The notes: generated by a model not told the origin, from the letters alone. DNA of 56,113 nucleotides from a virus (IMGVR_UViG_3300016722_000161:1-56113), one strand, 5' to 3'. Counted from the first letter of the stretch, positions 19,192-28,297 are shown. Numbers and translations: made by a program.

Positions 19192-20802
19192 CTAAAAAAT
19201 GAGCAATCCACGGTTATCGTAGACGCTTTCGCCATTGTCATTACCGCACCGAATCGCACGGTCGAGCGCCATGATGGTGGCGACAGCACCGTCAATCTTC
19301 TCTGTGGATTTTTCCTTGTCGGCTTTTATATTGCCTGCGGGGTCGGTTCGGATGTAGATGTTGTCCATCATCCAGCGGAGTACCGGGTGTCCGCCGTGAG
19401 CAATTTTCTGTTCCAAAGTCAACTTCATCAGTTCTTTGGTCGGAGGACTCATATCCTTGAATCCCTGGCCGAACGGGACGACCGTAAAACCGAGATTTTC
19501 AAGGTTCTGCGTCATCTGAACTGCGCCCCAGCGGTCGAAGGCAATCTCACGGATGTTGTACTTGGTGCCGAGCTCCTCGATGAAGCTTTCGATGAAGCCG
19601 TAATGAACGACGTTGCCCTCGGTGGTTTCAAGATATCCCTGCTTCTTCCAGATGTCGTAATTCACATGGTCTCTTCGCACACGCAAATCCACATTATCCT
19701 CCGGAATCCAGAAGAATGGCAACACGATGTATTTGTCCGCTTCATCCTCAGGCGGGAATACCAGCACGAACGCCGTAATATCGGTGGAGGAGGAAAGGTC
19801 AAGACCTCCGTAGCAGACCCGCCCTCGCAGGGCTTCCAGGTCTACCGCAAAAGCGCAGGCGTCCCAATTGTCCATCGGCATCCAACGCACCGCCTGTTTG
19901 ACCCACTGATTCAAGCGAAGCTGACGGAAGCTGTTCTCCTCGGCTGGATTCTGCCGTGCCGATTCGAAGGCGGCTTTGACCTTATCCATGCCGACCGTGA
20001 TGCCGAGCGACGGATTCGCTTTTTTCCACACCTTGGGGTCAGTCCAGTCGTCCTCCTGCGCCGCGCCGTAAATGACGGGATAGAAGGTGGGATCATGCTT
20101 CCTGCCGTTGAGGATGTCGAGAGCCTTTTGATGAACCTCCCAGCAGATGCTGTGCTGATTGTCTCCGGCGGTGGTGATAAGAAAATACAGCGGCTGCATT
20201 CTCGCGTCGCCGCTGCCTTTGGTCATTACGTCATAGAGTTTTCGGTTCGGCTGGGTATGCAGTTCGTCAAATACCACGCCGTGGGTGTTGAAGCCGTGCT
20301 TGTTGCCGACGTCCGCCGACAGCACCTGATAAATACTCCCGGTCGGCAGATAGATGAGCCGCTTCATGGAATCAAGGATTTTAACCCGTTTTGCCAACGC
20401 CGGACACATCCGAACCATATCCGCCGCCACATTGAAAACAATGGACGCCTGGTTGCGGTCGGCGGCGCAGCCGTAAACCTCGGCGCGCTCTTCGTTATCC
20501 CCGCAGGTGAGCAGCAGTGCGACCGCCGCCGCAAGCTCGGATTTGCCCATCTTTTTCGGAATCTCCACATAGGCGGTATTAAACTGCCGATAGCTGTTTG
20601 GCTTCAGCGTTCCAAACACATCACGGATAATCTGTTCCTGCCAGTCGATCAGTTCAAAGGGCTTTCCCGCCCATGTGCCTTTTGTATGGGAGAGGGATTC
20701 GACAAAAGCAACTGCGTAATCGGCGGCGGCCTTGTCATAAACCGAATCCGCAGCTTTGAACCGGGCGGGATTGTATTTTTTAAGTTTTCGTATACCCGCC
20801 AC
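19192..20802 (-). CDS. terL: Terminase large subunit
   Basis: Walker A PKKMGKSE, Walker B VVFDELH, nuclease motifs GGLDLSS and KIDGAVA. Confidence 0.95.
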   Translation of the reverse strand: MAGIRKLKKYNPARFKAADSVYDKAAADYAVAFVESLSHTKGTWAGKPFELIDWQEQIIRDVFGTLKPNSYRQFNTAYVEIPKKMGKSELAAAVALLLTCGDNEERAEVYGCAADRNQASIVFNVAADMVRMCPALAKRVKILDSMKRLIYLPTGSIYQVLSADVGNKHGFNTHGVVFDELHTQPNRKLYDVMTKGSGDARMQPLYFLITTAGDNQHSICWEVHQKALDILNGRKHDPTFYPVIYGAAQEDDWTDPKVWKKANPSLGITVGMDKVKAAFESARQNPAEENSFRQLRLNQWVKQAVRWMPMDNWDACAFAVDLEALRGRVCYGGLDLSSSTDITAFVLVFPPEDEADKYIVLPFFWIPEDNVDLRVRRDHVNYDIWKKQGYLETTEGNVVHYGFIESFIEELGTKYNIREIAFDRWGAVQMTQNLENLGFTVVPFGQGFKDMSPPTKELMKLTLEQKIAHGGHPVLRWMMDNIYIRTDPAGNIKADKEKSTEKIDGAVATIMALDRAIRCGNDNGESVYDNRGLLIF

Positions 20803-20819
20803 CTCCTTTCGCAGAGCAT

Positions 20820-20896
20820 AAAAACAGACCTGCCGTCGGCAAGCCCTCGAAATCCATCTGTACGAGAAACAGAGCCGTTTCCGGCGCTGTTCTCCA
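20820..20896 (-). terminator. Two hairpins (GAAA tetraloop stem; stem plus T tract) before terL
   Basis: Minus strand GAGAACAGCGCCG-GAAA-CGGCTCTGTTTCTC, then GGCTTGCC-GAC-GGCAGGTC-TGTTTTT. Confidence 0.45.
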
Positions 20897-20910
20897 GTTA
20901 TGCTTTTTTA

Positions 20911-21090
20911 TTATTCCTCATCGCCTGTTAGGATGAACCGCGTATATGCGGCTTTGTTTTCGATGAGGTAAACCGCCAGTTCGCAGTAATCTTCCCGTAA
21001 GGCGATTTCCCGTACCTTCGGCACATCGAACATATTTGTTTCACCCAATTTTCGAATGCCGAGTATTTGTTCCTTAACTTTACTGTCCAT
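20911..21090 (-). CDS. DUF5049-like small protein
   Basis: KEQILGIRKLGETNMFDV...YTRFILTG. Confidence 0.75.
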   Translation of the reverse strand: MDSKVKEQILGIRKLGETNMFDVPKVREIALREDYCELAVYLIENKAAYTRFILTGDEE

Positions 21091-21313
21091 CGCTGTCCTC
21101 AACTTTCCGGCAGAAATCTTCACCATATACCACATTCAAACCACTGCCGTTGTCCCAGTTAACCATGATGGAACCTATGTCGTCCACGCCGACGACCGTA
21201 CCTTTTGTACCTACAGGCGGTGCCTGAACATCGTCCATACGAATAATCTCCACACGGGTTCCGGGCGTAAAGCAATCTCTTAATTGTTTGAGTATTTCAG
21301 GATGTATGTTCAT
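21080..21313 (-). CDS. DUF4314-like protein
   Basis: PGTRVEIIRMDD..PPVGTKGTVVGVDDIGSIMVNWDNGSGLNVVYGED. Confidence 0.85.
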   Translation of the reverse strand: MNIHPEILKQLRDCFTPGTRVEIIRMDDVQAPPVGTKGTVVGVDDIGSIMVNWDNGSGLNVVYGEDFCRKVEDSDGQ

Positions 21314-21648
21314 TCAACTACCTCCTCACTTGGCAAATACGCAGCCCATTTTGGAAAAACTCTGCCTTCGGACATAACCAACACGCCCTCGGATTTTCCT
21401 TTTTGCCTTACCAAAACGCAATGCCAAACTCCGTTTCCGTCTATGCTACAAAGATTCGTGTATTTTTCTATAAACCATCTGTCAACACATAAGTCGGTTA
21501 TAAAGTTTTCGTAATCAATTTTATTGAGCCTAATTTCCTTTTCCACTATATACGGTTTCACCCATTCCGATAAATGAGGGCGGATTAAGTCCTCAATGCG
21601 AAATGGATACTCAACGAAGAAGGCGGTGGGAAGCTCATTCATCTTCAT
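21310..21648 (-). CDS. Hypothetical protein
   Basis: Translationally coupled ORF; DGNGVWHCVLV...GVLVMSEG. Confidence 0.7.
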   Translation of the reverse strand: MKMNELPTAFFVEYPFRIEDLIRPHLSEWVKPYIVEKEIRLNKIDYENFITDLCVDRWFIEKYTNLCSIDGNGVWHCVLVRQKGKSEGVLVMSEGRVFPKWAAYLPSEEVVE

Positions 21649-22297
21649 CCACCGCCTTGCAGTTATTCTGTTTGAACGCTGAGCTGCCTGTCAGCTTTGA
21701 CAGCAGAATTTTTCGCTCCGCCTTATATTCCGAGCCGATGAAACCGAGCCGGAGGAGAAAACAGCGGAAAGCGTACTTCTCGTTGTCCACAGGCTTGTCG
21801 GTCGCGCTGACCCGTTTCTGCGTTTTCGCCATCTCACAGAGCGCAGTGACAAGGTGGGTATAAGCCTTTACTGCGTCCGGGTCGCTTGCATCGTAGAACC
21901 ACGGGAAGCTGACCGTCTCCTCACCCTTTAGGATAGACAGGTCGGTGATGCCGAGAGCCTTTTTGATGAGCGAGCCTTTGCTTTCCACCAGCCTACTGAG
22001 ATTTTCCAGTGCCGTGTCGGTGAAGAAGGATCGGGGCATTTCAATGGTAAGCGCGGTCTTGTCGTACCCGTCAAATTCAAAGCCCCGCTCCGCCAGACCC
22101 TCGATGAGTTTTTCGATTTCTTCGCTGTCGGCACGGTTGTCAAAGGATAGGACGCCGTTTTTGTCGATGGTGAAATAGTCCACCTCGTAGGCGAAGGTCG
22201 GAGCGCCCTTATATTTGGCGTCGCACTCCATGATTTCTGAGATTGCTTGCACGAGCCGTTTGCGCTCGCTGCCTGTTACATTATAGTTGATTGTCAT
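21635..22297 (-). CDS. Conserved phage protein (often annotated virulence-related protein)
   Basis: YNVTGSERKRLV...NEKYAFRCFLLRLGFIGSEYKAERKILL..LTGSSAFK. Confidence 0.8.
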   Translation of the reverse strand: MTINYNVTGSERKRLVQAISEIMECDAKYKGAPTFAYEVDYFTIDKNGVLSFDNRADSEEIEKLIEGLAERGFEFDGYDKTALTIEMPRSFFTDTALENLSRLVESKGSLIKKALGITDLSILKGEETVSFPWFYDASDPDAVKAYTHLVTALCEMAKTQKRVSATDKPVDNEKYAFRCFLLRLGFIGSEYKAERKILLSKLTGSSAFKQNNCKAVDEDE

Positions 22298-22402
22298 TGT
22301 TTATACCGCCTTTCTCTTTTCGGTACATACATATATCACTCTGAATGCCTGATTTATCAAGCAATTCAGAGCTTATTTATGTGGAGAATAATGTCCCGAT
22401 AA

Positions 22403-24217
22403 TTAAGCGGTTTCTTGTGTAGATAACACAATGCCGGACAGAACAAAACAAACGCATGGGAGTGCCACCCCGTTGCCCCACATCTTATATTCGGCGGCGT
22501 CGGAGTGCGGGTTGTTCAGCCATTTGATAATCTGCCTACGGCTCTTGGGCTTTTCGCTTGTGCCGATAATACGGCGGTGAGTTTCCCAAACCTCAGCCCA
22601 GAACGCGATTTCATCCTCGGTTGGGTTATCCGCGCCGAGACCGGCGCACCAGCCGTCCGGGAAGCCTTGAAGCCGGGCGCATTCGGTTGGCGTCAGCCTG
22701 CGGACGATGTAGTCCGGCTGGTTAACAAGCTGAGGGTCTTTATAGTCACGCGCCATCAAGGTGGCGGCCTTTTCCTTGTGTATCTCTGAAAAGCCGCCGG
22801 TGGTCATGGCGTAGGCAACGGCGTGGCGGTCGACTGTATTTAATGTAAAAGACACATCTTCATCAATGCCACTGCCTTGGGGCCCGTTCTTTTCCTCACG
22901 TCCAATCATGGAACCCTGCAAGGCAACCACGGCAATACCGCCTTGATTGCAGCCGGGATTTCCGCCGTTTGCGTCGATGGTTCGAGAAGTGGCAGCTTTG
23001 TAAATGCCGCTGCGTGGATTATCTGACATCATGGAATTGCTCTTGTCGGAGCAGATGCCGTAGGCGGTTGGCACGAAAACCGTCTGGTCATTGTTGCAGC
23101 CGAGTGTAGCGGATTTGTCATCCTGTATCAGCGCACCTTTGCCGCCGCCCTCACATCCGGAGCGTATTTTAAGCGTTTTCGGCGTATCCAGTACAAGCGG
23201 AGTGTTCATGCCGCCCGTTCCCATACGGGAAGTGAGTGTCTGCACCATGCCGTCTTCTGAAACCTTGACACGACCGTCGGTCGGATGATTTTCGATTGCG
23301 ACACCAGGCACGACACCGGCCCGGAGCGTGGGAGAGCGTTCTTCCTCAAACCCCACACCACGGCTCTTCGCCGAATGCTCTGTGCAGAACCCGCTCGACT
23401 GCATGACGCAGGGCGGGTGATGGGCTTCGGCGCGGAGCGTAGCCGTCGTATCTTCGGTTATATCCATACGGTCGCCGCCTTGGTCGTTCAGGCAGGTTAT
23501 GCCGCTGCCTGTTGTTCCAGAGCCGTTCTCAGCATCTCCGGCAGTTCTTTGCCACGGGCTTCCGCACGGCGCAAAATTCCTTGACACGCCTTCCGGCTCA
23601 AATAGTATTTCTCCGGCACATTCGCCTGCAAAATCCACGACAAGGTAGATTCTGCGGCGGCGCTGGGGTACTCCGAAATATTGCGCGTCGATAGTTCTGT
23701 AAGCCAGCGACCATCCGTCTCCCATGTAGCAGTCGGCGTAAGACCACCGCCCGTTGTCAGGCGCAGGCACCTCGGCGTTTTTCCCGGTGACGCTGACAAC
23801 CGCTTCGAGGACTGCCTTGAAATCGGCCCCTTGGTTTGAACTGAATGCGCCGGGCACGTTTTCCCAGACAGCGTATCTTGGGTATCTGCCATTGGTCTTG
23901 CACCTCATTTCCTTCATAATTCGTATTGCTTCATAAAAAAGGACGGATTGGCTTCCGTCCAGACCGGCTCTTTTCCCGGCAACTGACATATCGGTACAGG
24001 GCGAACCGAAGGTTATAATATCCACCGGCGGTAAATCTGCACCGTTCAGCTTGGATATGTCACCGTAGTGTTTCATCTGTGGTATCCGCTTGGTCGTTAC
24101 CCGTATCGGGAACGGCTCAATCTCCGAAGCCCAGAGCGGTTTGATGCCGCAGAGCAGACCGCCGAGCGGAAAGCCGCCGGAGCCATCGAAGAGGGAGCCA
24201 AGTGTTAATTTACTCAT
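22403..24217 (-). CDS. DNA (cytosine-5) methyltransferase with a long variable region
   Basis: Motif I LFDGSGG, IV GSPC, VI ENV, VIII QRRRRIY, IX RRLTPTECARLQGFP, X GNGV. Confidence 0.95.
   Translation of the reverse strand: MSKLTLGSLFDGSGGFPLGGLLCGIKPLWASEIEPFPIRVTTKRIPQMKHYGDISKLNGADLPPVDIITFGSPCTDMSVAGKRAGLDGSQSVLFYEAIRIMKEMRCKTNGRYPRYAVWENVPGAFSSNQGADFKAVLEAVVSVTGKNAEVPAPDNGRWSYADCYMGDGWSLAYRTIDAQYFGVPQRRRRIYLVVDFAGECAGEILFEPEGVSRNFAPCGSPWQRTAGDAENGSGTTGSGITCLNDQGGDRMDITEDTTATLRAEAHHPPCVMQSSGFCTEHSAKSRGVGFEEERSPTLRAGVVPGVAIENHPTDGRVKVSEDGMVQTLTSRMGTGGMNTPLVLDTPKTLKIRSGCEGGGKGALIQDDKSATLGCNNDQTVFVPTAYGICSDKSNSMMSDNPRSGIYKAATSRTIDANGGNPGCNQGGIAVVALQGSMIGREEKNGPQGSGIDEDVSFTLNTVDRHAVAYAMTTGGFSEIHKEKAATLMARDYKDPQLVNQPDYIVRRLTPTECARLQGFPDGWCAGLGADNPTEDEIAFWAEVWETHRRIIGTSEKPKSRRQIIKWLNNPHSDAAEYKMWGNGVALPCVCFVLSGIVLSTQETA
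23497..23892 (-). CDS. Overprinted 131-aa ORF in the +1 frame of the C5-MTase (M.EcoHK31I beta-like)
   Basis: SD GAGGTG 8 nt before ATG 23892; C-terminus STLSWILQANVPEKYYLSRKACQGILRRAEARGKELPEML. Confidence 0.7.
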   Translation of the reverse strand: MADTQDTLSGKTCPAHSVQTKGPISRQSSKRLSASPGKTPRCLRLTTGGGLTPTATWETDGRWLTELSTRNISEYPSAAAESTLSWILQANVPEKYYLSRKACQGILRRAEARGKELPEMLRTALEQQAAA

Positions 24218-25442
24218 CGGAGAATACCTCCGCATATTTCATCGTGACACCGTCGCGGATAACGGAAACACTATTTACATTCCCAGCCTGTTCAATGTAC
24301 CGTTTTACAATGACGTCGCAGTATTTCTCGTCAAGCTCTATGGTGAAGCAAATTCTGTCGGACTGCTCACAGGCGATGAGCGTACTGCCGCTGCCGCCGA
24401 AGGGGTCAAGCACGATGCAGTTTGTGAGGCTGCTGTTCATAATGGGATATGCCAGGAGCGCAATCGGCTTCATGGTGGGATGGTCGGCGTTTTTCTTCGG
24501 CTTTTCAAATTCCCAGATGGTGGTCTGCTTGCGGTCGGCGTACCAGTTGTGCTTGCCTTTTTTCTTCCAGCCGAACAGCACAGGCTCGTGCTGCCACTGA
24601 TAGGGCGAGCGTCCAAGCACCAGCGACGGCTTTTTCCAGATGCAGCACCCGGAAAGCTGAAAGCCCGCGTCCGCGAACGCTTTGCGGAAGTTCAGACCTT
24701 CGGTGTCGGCATGGAACACATAAATGGAAGCGTCCTGCGCCATCGCCGCTTCGGTGTTCGTAAACGCCGCCAGCAGGAAGTCATAGAACGCTCCACTTTC
24801 CATATTGTCGTTTTTGATTTTACCCGCCGTTCCTTCATAGTTGACGTTGTAAGGCGGGTCTGTCACCACCAGATTTGCGAGCTTCACGTCCATCAGAGCG
24901 GTAAAAGTGTCGGCTTTGGTGGAATCGCCGCAGACAAGCCGATGCCGACCGAGCAGCCACACATCGCCCGGCTTGGTGACGGCAGGCTTTTGCAGTTCCG
25001 CATCCACATCAAACTCATCGTCTTTAATACCGTCTTTCAAGCTATCCTTGAAAATGTCGTCAATCTCTCCGGGGTCGAAGCCCGTGAGCGAAACGTCGAA
25101 GTCGGCGCCCTGCAGGTCGGCGATAAGCAGAGCCAGCTTGTCTTTATCCCAGTCACCGCTGATTTTGTTAAGTGCGACATTGAGCGCCTTTTCCTTTTCG
25201 GCGTCCATCTCGACCACCACGCACTCGACCTCGGTGATGCCCATATCAAGTAGCACCTTCAGACGCTGGTGACCGCCGACGATATGAGATGTAATCTTAT
25301 TCCATATAACGGGTTCAACATAACCGAACTCCTCAAGCGAGCGTTTCAGCTTTTCGTATTCGGGATCGCCGGGTTTGAGGTCTTTGCGTGGGTTATAGTC
25401 GGCGGGAAGGAGCCGTTCAGTCTGTATCTTTTCTATCAGCAT
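24210..25442 (-). CDS. ParB-like N-terminal domain plus N6/N4 DNA methyltransferase
   Basis: PADYNPRK..IVGGHQR ParB-like domain; DPPY, HPTMKP, DPFGGSGST. Confidence 0.93.
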   Translation of the reverse strand: MLIEKIQTERLLPADYNPRKDLKPGDPEYEKLKRSLEEFGYVEPVIWNKITSHIVGGHQRLKVLLDMGITEVECVVVEMDAEKEKALNVALNKISGDWDKDKLALLIADLQGADFDVSLTGFDPGEIDDIFKDSLKDGIKDDEFDVDAELQKPAVTKPGDVWLLGRHRLVCGDSTKADTFTALMDVKLANLVVTDPPYNVNYEGTAGKIKNDNMESGAFYDFLLAAFTNTEAAMAQDASIYVFHADTEGLNFRKAFADAGFQLSGCCIWKKPSLVLGRSPYQWQHEPVLFGWKKKGKHNWYADRKQTTIWEFEKPKKNADHPTMKPIALLAYPIMNSSLTNCIVLDPFGGSGSTLIACEQSDRICFTIELDEKYCDVIVKRYIEQAGNVNSVSVIRDGVTMKYAEVFSDE

Positions 25443-26595
25443 ATTTCTCCGCCGCCTTTCTGATTTCTTTGTACCTATCGTAATCCTCCCACGGGAAGAG
25501 ACAGGAATTGAAATGTCCGTATACCGACGTGTCCTCGTATATCGCAGTGCGCAGACGCAGCTTTTCAATGATTGCCGCCGGGCGTAGATTGAACACGGAC
25601 AGCACAATATCTCGTAGCTGCTCATCGGTCAGAGCACTCGTGCCGAAGGCGTTAATATTAACCGCCACGGGGTCAGCTTTGCCAATGGCATAAGAAAGAG
25701 CGACCTCGCATCTTTCAGCCAAGTCGCTCCATACGATATTTTTTGCGATGTACCGCGCCATGTAAGCGCCGCTGCGGTCGACCTTGGTGGGGTCTTTGCC
25801 GCTGAACGCTCCACCACCGTGAAGAGCAAGCCCTCCGTAGGTATCCACCATTATCTTTCTGCCCGTCAGCCCGGTGTCGGCGGCGAGTCCGCCCTCGACA
25901 AATCTGCCGGAGGGATTGATGAGGATTTCGGTGTTGTCATCAAACGGAAAGTCCTCGAAGCACTGCCACAGAACATTTTGCTTAATGTCGGAGTAAAGCT
26001 GCTCCTGCGTTTTATTCTTGTCGTGCTGAACGGAGACCACAATCGTTTTCACGCGCTTGGGCTTTCCATCCTCATATTCGACCGTGATCTGCGCTTTGCC
26101 GTCCGGCAAAATGCCTTTCACAATTTTATCCTTGCGGATGGTATCCACACGCTTCACAATTCGGTGTGCCAGCACCAGCGGGAGTGGAAGCATCTCGCGG
26201 GTCTCGTTGGTGGCGTAACCGTAAACAGTCCCTTGGTCGCCCGCGCCGATAGAGGCATAGCGTTCCTCGCTGCCGTTTCTGGCTTCGAGGGCAGTAGTCA
26301 CTCCGGTGTCGATATCCTTGCTTTGTTTATGGACGAACACGAAAACCGTGAACTTCCAAGGGTTATATCCAGCCTTGCGGAGGACTTCACGCACCTCCCA
26401 GCGGATGTCAACTTTGCCGTCGCAGGTGATCTCGCCCGCAACGATAATTTTGCCCTTGGTCGCCATGACCTCGCAGGCAACACGGGATGATTTGTCTTTG
26501 CGCAGACAGGCGTCAAGAATGCTGTCGGCAATGATGTCGCACAGCTTATCCGGGTGTCCGGCGCATACGCTTTCTGCTGTTTTGTAAGTAGTCAT
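25417..26595 (-). CDS. metK: S-adenosylmethionine synthetase
   Basis: ESVCAGHPDK, GAGDQG, DTGLTGRK, GGGAFSGKDPTKVDRSGAY. Confidence 0.96.
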   Translation of the reverse strand: MTTYKTAESVCAGHPDKLCDIIADSILDACLRKDKSSRVACEVMATKGKIIVAGEITCDGKVDIRWEVREVLRKAGYNPWKFTVFVFVHKQSKDIDTGVTTALEARNGSEERYASIGAGDQGTVYGYATNETREMLPLPLVLAHRIVKRVDTIRKDKIVKGILPDGKAQITVEYEDGKPKRVKTIVVSVQHDKNKTQEQLYSDIKQNVLWQCFEDFPFDDNTEILINPSGRFVEGGLAADTGLTGRKIMVDTYGGLALHGGGAFSGKDPTKVDRSGAYMARYIAKNIVWSDLAERCEVALSYAIGKADPVAVNINAFGTSALTDEQLRDIVLSVFNLRPAAIIEKLRLRTAIYEDTSVYGHFNSCLFPWEDYDRYKEIRKAAEKYADRKDTD

Positions 26596-26596
26596 A

Positions 26597-27148
26597 TTAT
26601 TTCCCTTTCCGAGCAGTCAAAAGCCGCTCCATCACATCGTCCTGCGGATTGGCTCCGCTGTATTCGCCGGTGCAGTTGTCTTTCACAATTTGGAAAATCT
26701 CATACCATAGGCGGTTGGTCTGCGTCATGAAATTCTGGCTCATCGCCACATACGGGCTTTGTATCGCATTGCCCGTGGTAGGGTGCTTCGCCAGAAAACC
26801 GTATTCGGAGATGCACTCCTCGCACTGAATCCACCGAGCCACACTCATGGCATAACGTTCCAAAAGCTGCGGGGAGACGAGAGCCGCACAGCCACGCTCA
26901 TTCAGCCAGTGCCATGTGTTTTTATAGATATCAGCTGCCACGAGTGTCTTGCCGTCCTTCTGCACGGCTTCGAGCATTTTATTTGGTTCAGGCATTTCGT
27001 TGCCTTGTAGATTTGCCGTGTCGGAAAACTCCATGACGGTCAATTTTCTGCCGCCGGGATTTCCTGCTGTAATCTTATCGGCGAGCGGCTTCTTTTTCGC
27101 GCCCGCACCAACACGAGCGCCGCCTCTGCAGGTGCCGTCTTTCGCCAT
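26597..27148 (-). CDS. terS: Terminase small subunit (P27-like)
   Basis: RGGARVGAGAKKK, GNPG, KHPTTGNAIQSPYV. Confidence 0.88.
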   Translation of the reverse strand: MAKDGTCRGGARVGAGAKKKPLADKITAGNPGGRKLTVMEFSDTANLQGNEMPEPNKMLEAVQKDGKTLVAADIYKNTWHWLNERGCAALVSPQLLERYAMSVARWIQCEECISEYGFLAKHPTTGNAIQSPYVAMSQNFMTQTNRLWYEIFQIVKDNCTGEYSGANPQDDVMERLLTARKGK

Positions 27149-27313
27149 ATTCATCACACTCCTTTTGTGCCGGGGCTATTCCACCGTTTGAAACCGCGTT
27201 TTTCAACACGAAGCCCCACGCCGCTGTCCGCTGAAAAAAGTTTTAGAGATTTTGATACCCCCACCGGATTACAGACCTCATGATTACATTTTCGTTTTTC
27301 GTGAATACATTTT

Positions 27314-27340
27314 GGTTTGTATCAAAATGTGATACAAACC
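27314..27340. repeat. Perfect 11-bp inverted repeat in the HNH-terS (cos) interval
   Basis: GGTTTGTATCA-aaatg-TGATACAAACC. Confidence 0.8.
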
Positions 27341-27703
27341 TCATCGGTCGTGCCAGCGGTCACCCATCTCGACTGTGATGCGGGCGTGGCACGGCTTGCA
27401 TAGAGCCATGAGGTTGCTGGCTTCGTTGCCGCCGCCGCGTGAGAGTGGCAGCATGTGGTGTACCTCCTCGGCGGGTGTCAACTTTCCTTGCTTCTGACAT
27501 TCCTCACAGAGAGGGTGCGCTTTGATGTAACGGTCACGGATACGCTTCCATGCACGACCATACCGTTTGTTGGATGCGGGATCACGTTCGTACTGGTTGT
27601 ACTGTTTGTCCATGACCTTCTGATGCTCGGCGCAGTATTGCTCACTCACGGCAAGCCGACCGCAGCCAGGGTAGGCGCAGGGACGTTTTGGTTTGTATGG
27701 CAT
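27341..27703 (-). CDS. HNH endonuclease (terminase-associated, HK97 gp74-like)
   Basis: HPLCEEC, EVHH, NLMALCKPCH; directly upstream of terS. Confidence 0.92.
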   Translation of the reverse strand: MPYKPKRPCAYPGCGRLAVSEQYCAEHQKVMDKQYNQYERDPASNKRYGRAWKRIRDRYIKAHPLCEECQKQGKLTPAEEVHHMLPLSRGGGNEASNLMALCKPCHARITVEMGDRWHDR

Positions 27704-27724
27704 GGGTCACCTCCTTGGGGCATA

Positions 27725-27830
27725 GAAAAAGCCCTGCGGGATTGCTCCCACAAGGCCCTTAACCATTCTTATCTGGCAATTATAATGATATCATAGGGCA
27801 AGAGTATCATTCTATGTCTTTAGGTATCAC
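27725..27830 (-). promoter_or_regulatory. Probable activator-dependent late promoter followed by a terminator-like hairpin
   Basis: Minus-strand TATAAT at 27784-27779 with a poor -35; TGATAC repeats 20 bp apart; hairpin GCCTTGTGGGA-gcaa-TCCCGCAGGGC then TTTTT. Confidence 0.5.
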
Positions 27831-28239
27831 GTTGCAGAAGTCGGTCGCAAACGTCCAAAGCGGCGTTATGCAGCTTGTACAGGTGGTGGATACTGTAGTT
27901 GAGGTCGACGGCAATCTGCTCCCATGTCATGAAGCAGAGATAACGTTTTTCAAGAAGCGTCTTATATTCCGTGTTGTCCACGCTCTTTATAAGAGCCACG
28001 ATATCGCGTTTCAAATCCACCAACGCGTTGATGTCCCAGTTTATTTCGGCTTGCAAGTCAACAATTTTACATACGGCGTCCGCCATCGCAGAAGTGGCGC
28101 GGTTAGGATTCCGGGGCATACCCGTCAAAGTTGACGTGGCTTTGGCAGCGAGTTCATTCAAAGAAGCGACCTGCTCCAGCTTGGATTCAACACGCTGGTC
28201 GAGCCTGTATGCCTGGGCGAGATATTCTCTTGCGTTCAT
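27820..28239 (-). CDS. Late transcriptional activator (DUF1492 / RinA-ArpU-like)
   Basis: MNAREYL...LLEKRYLCFMTWEQIAVDLNYS..LH..AL; lies just before the packaging genes. Confidence 0.85.
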   Translation of the reverse strand: MNAREYLAQAYRLDQRVESKLEQVASLNELAAKATSTLTGMPRNPNRATSAMADAVCKIVDLQAEINWDINALVDLKRDIVALIKSVDNTEYKTLLEKRYLCFMTWEQIAVDLNYSIHHLYKLHNAALDVCDRLLQRDT

Positions 28240-28297
28240 AATCTGTACCTCCGATATTTGTTTTCACTCGGATTGGCACGGATTGTCGAAGATTGTC

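Noticed and set aside
19387-20931. 514-aa plus-strand ORF, and similar long antisense ORFs at 1683, 15947, 24090, 34206 and 44409
   Set aside because: They mirror well-supported genes on the other strand, lack recognisable motifs and are expected from codon bias
22344-22355. 12-nt match AATGCCTGATTT to the reverse complement of 38640-38651
   Set aside because: A single short match with no shared flanks, compatible with chance in 56 kb
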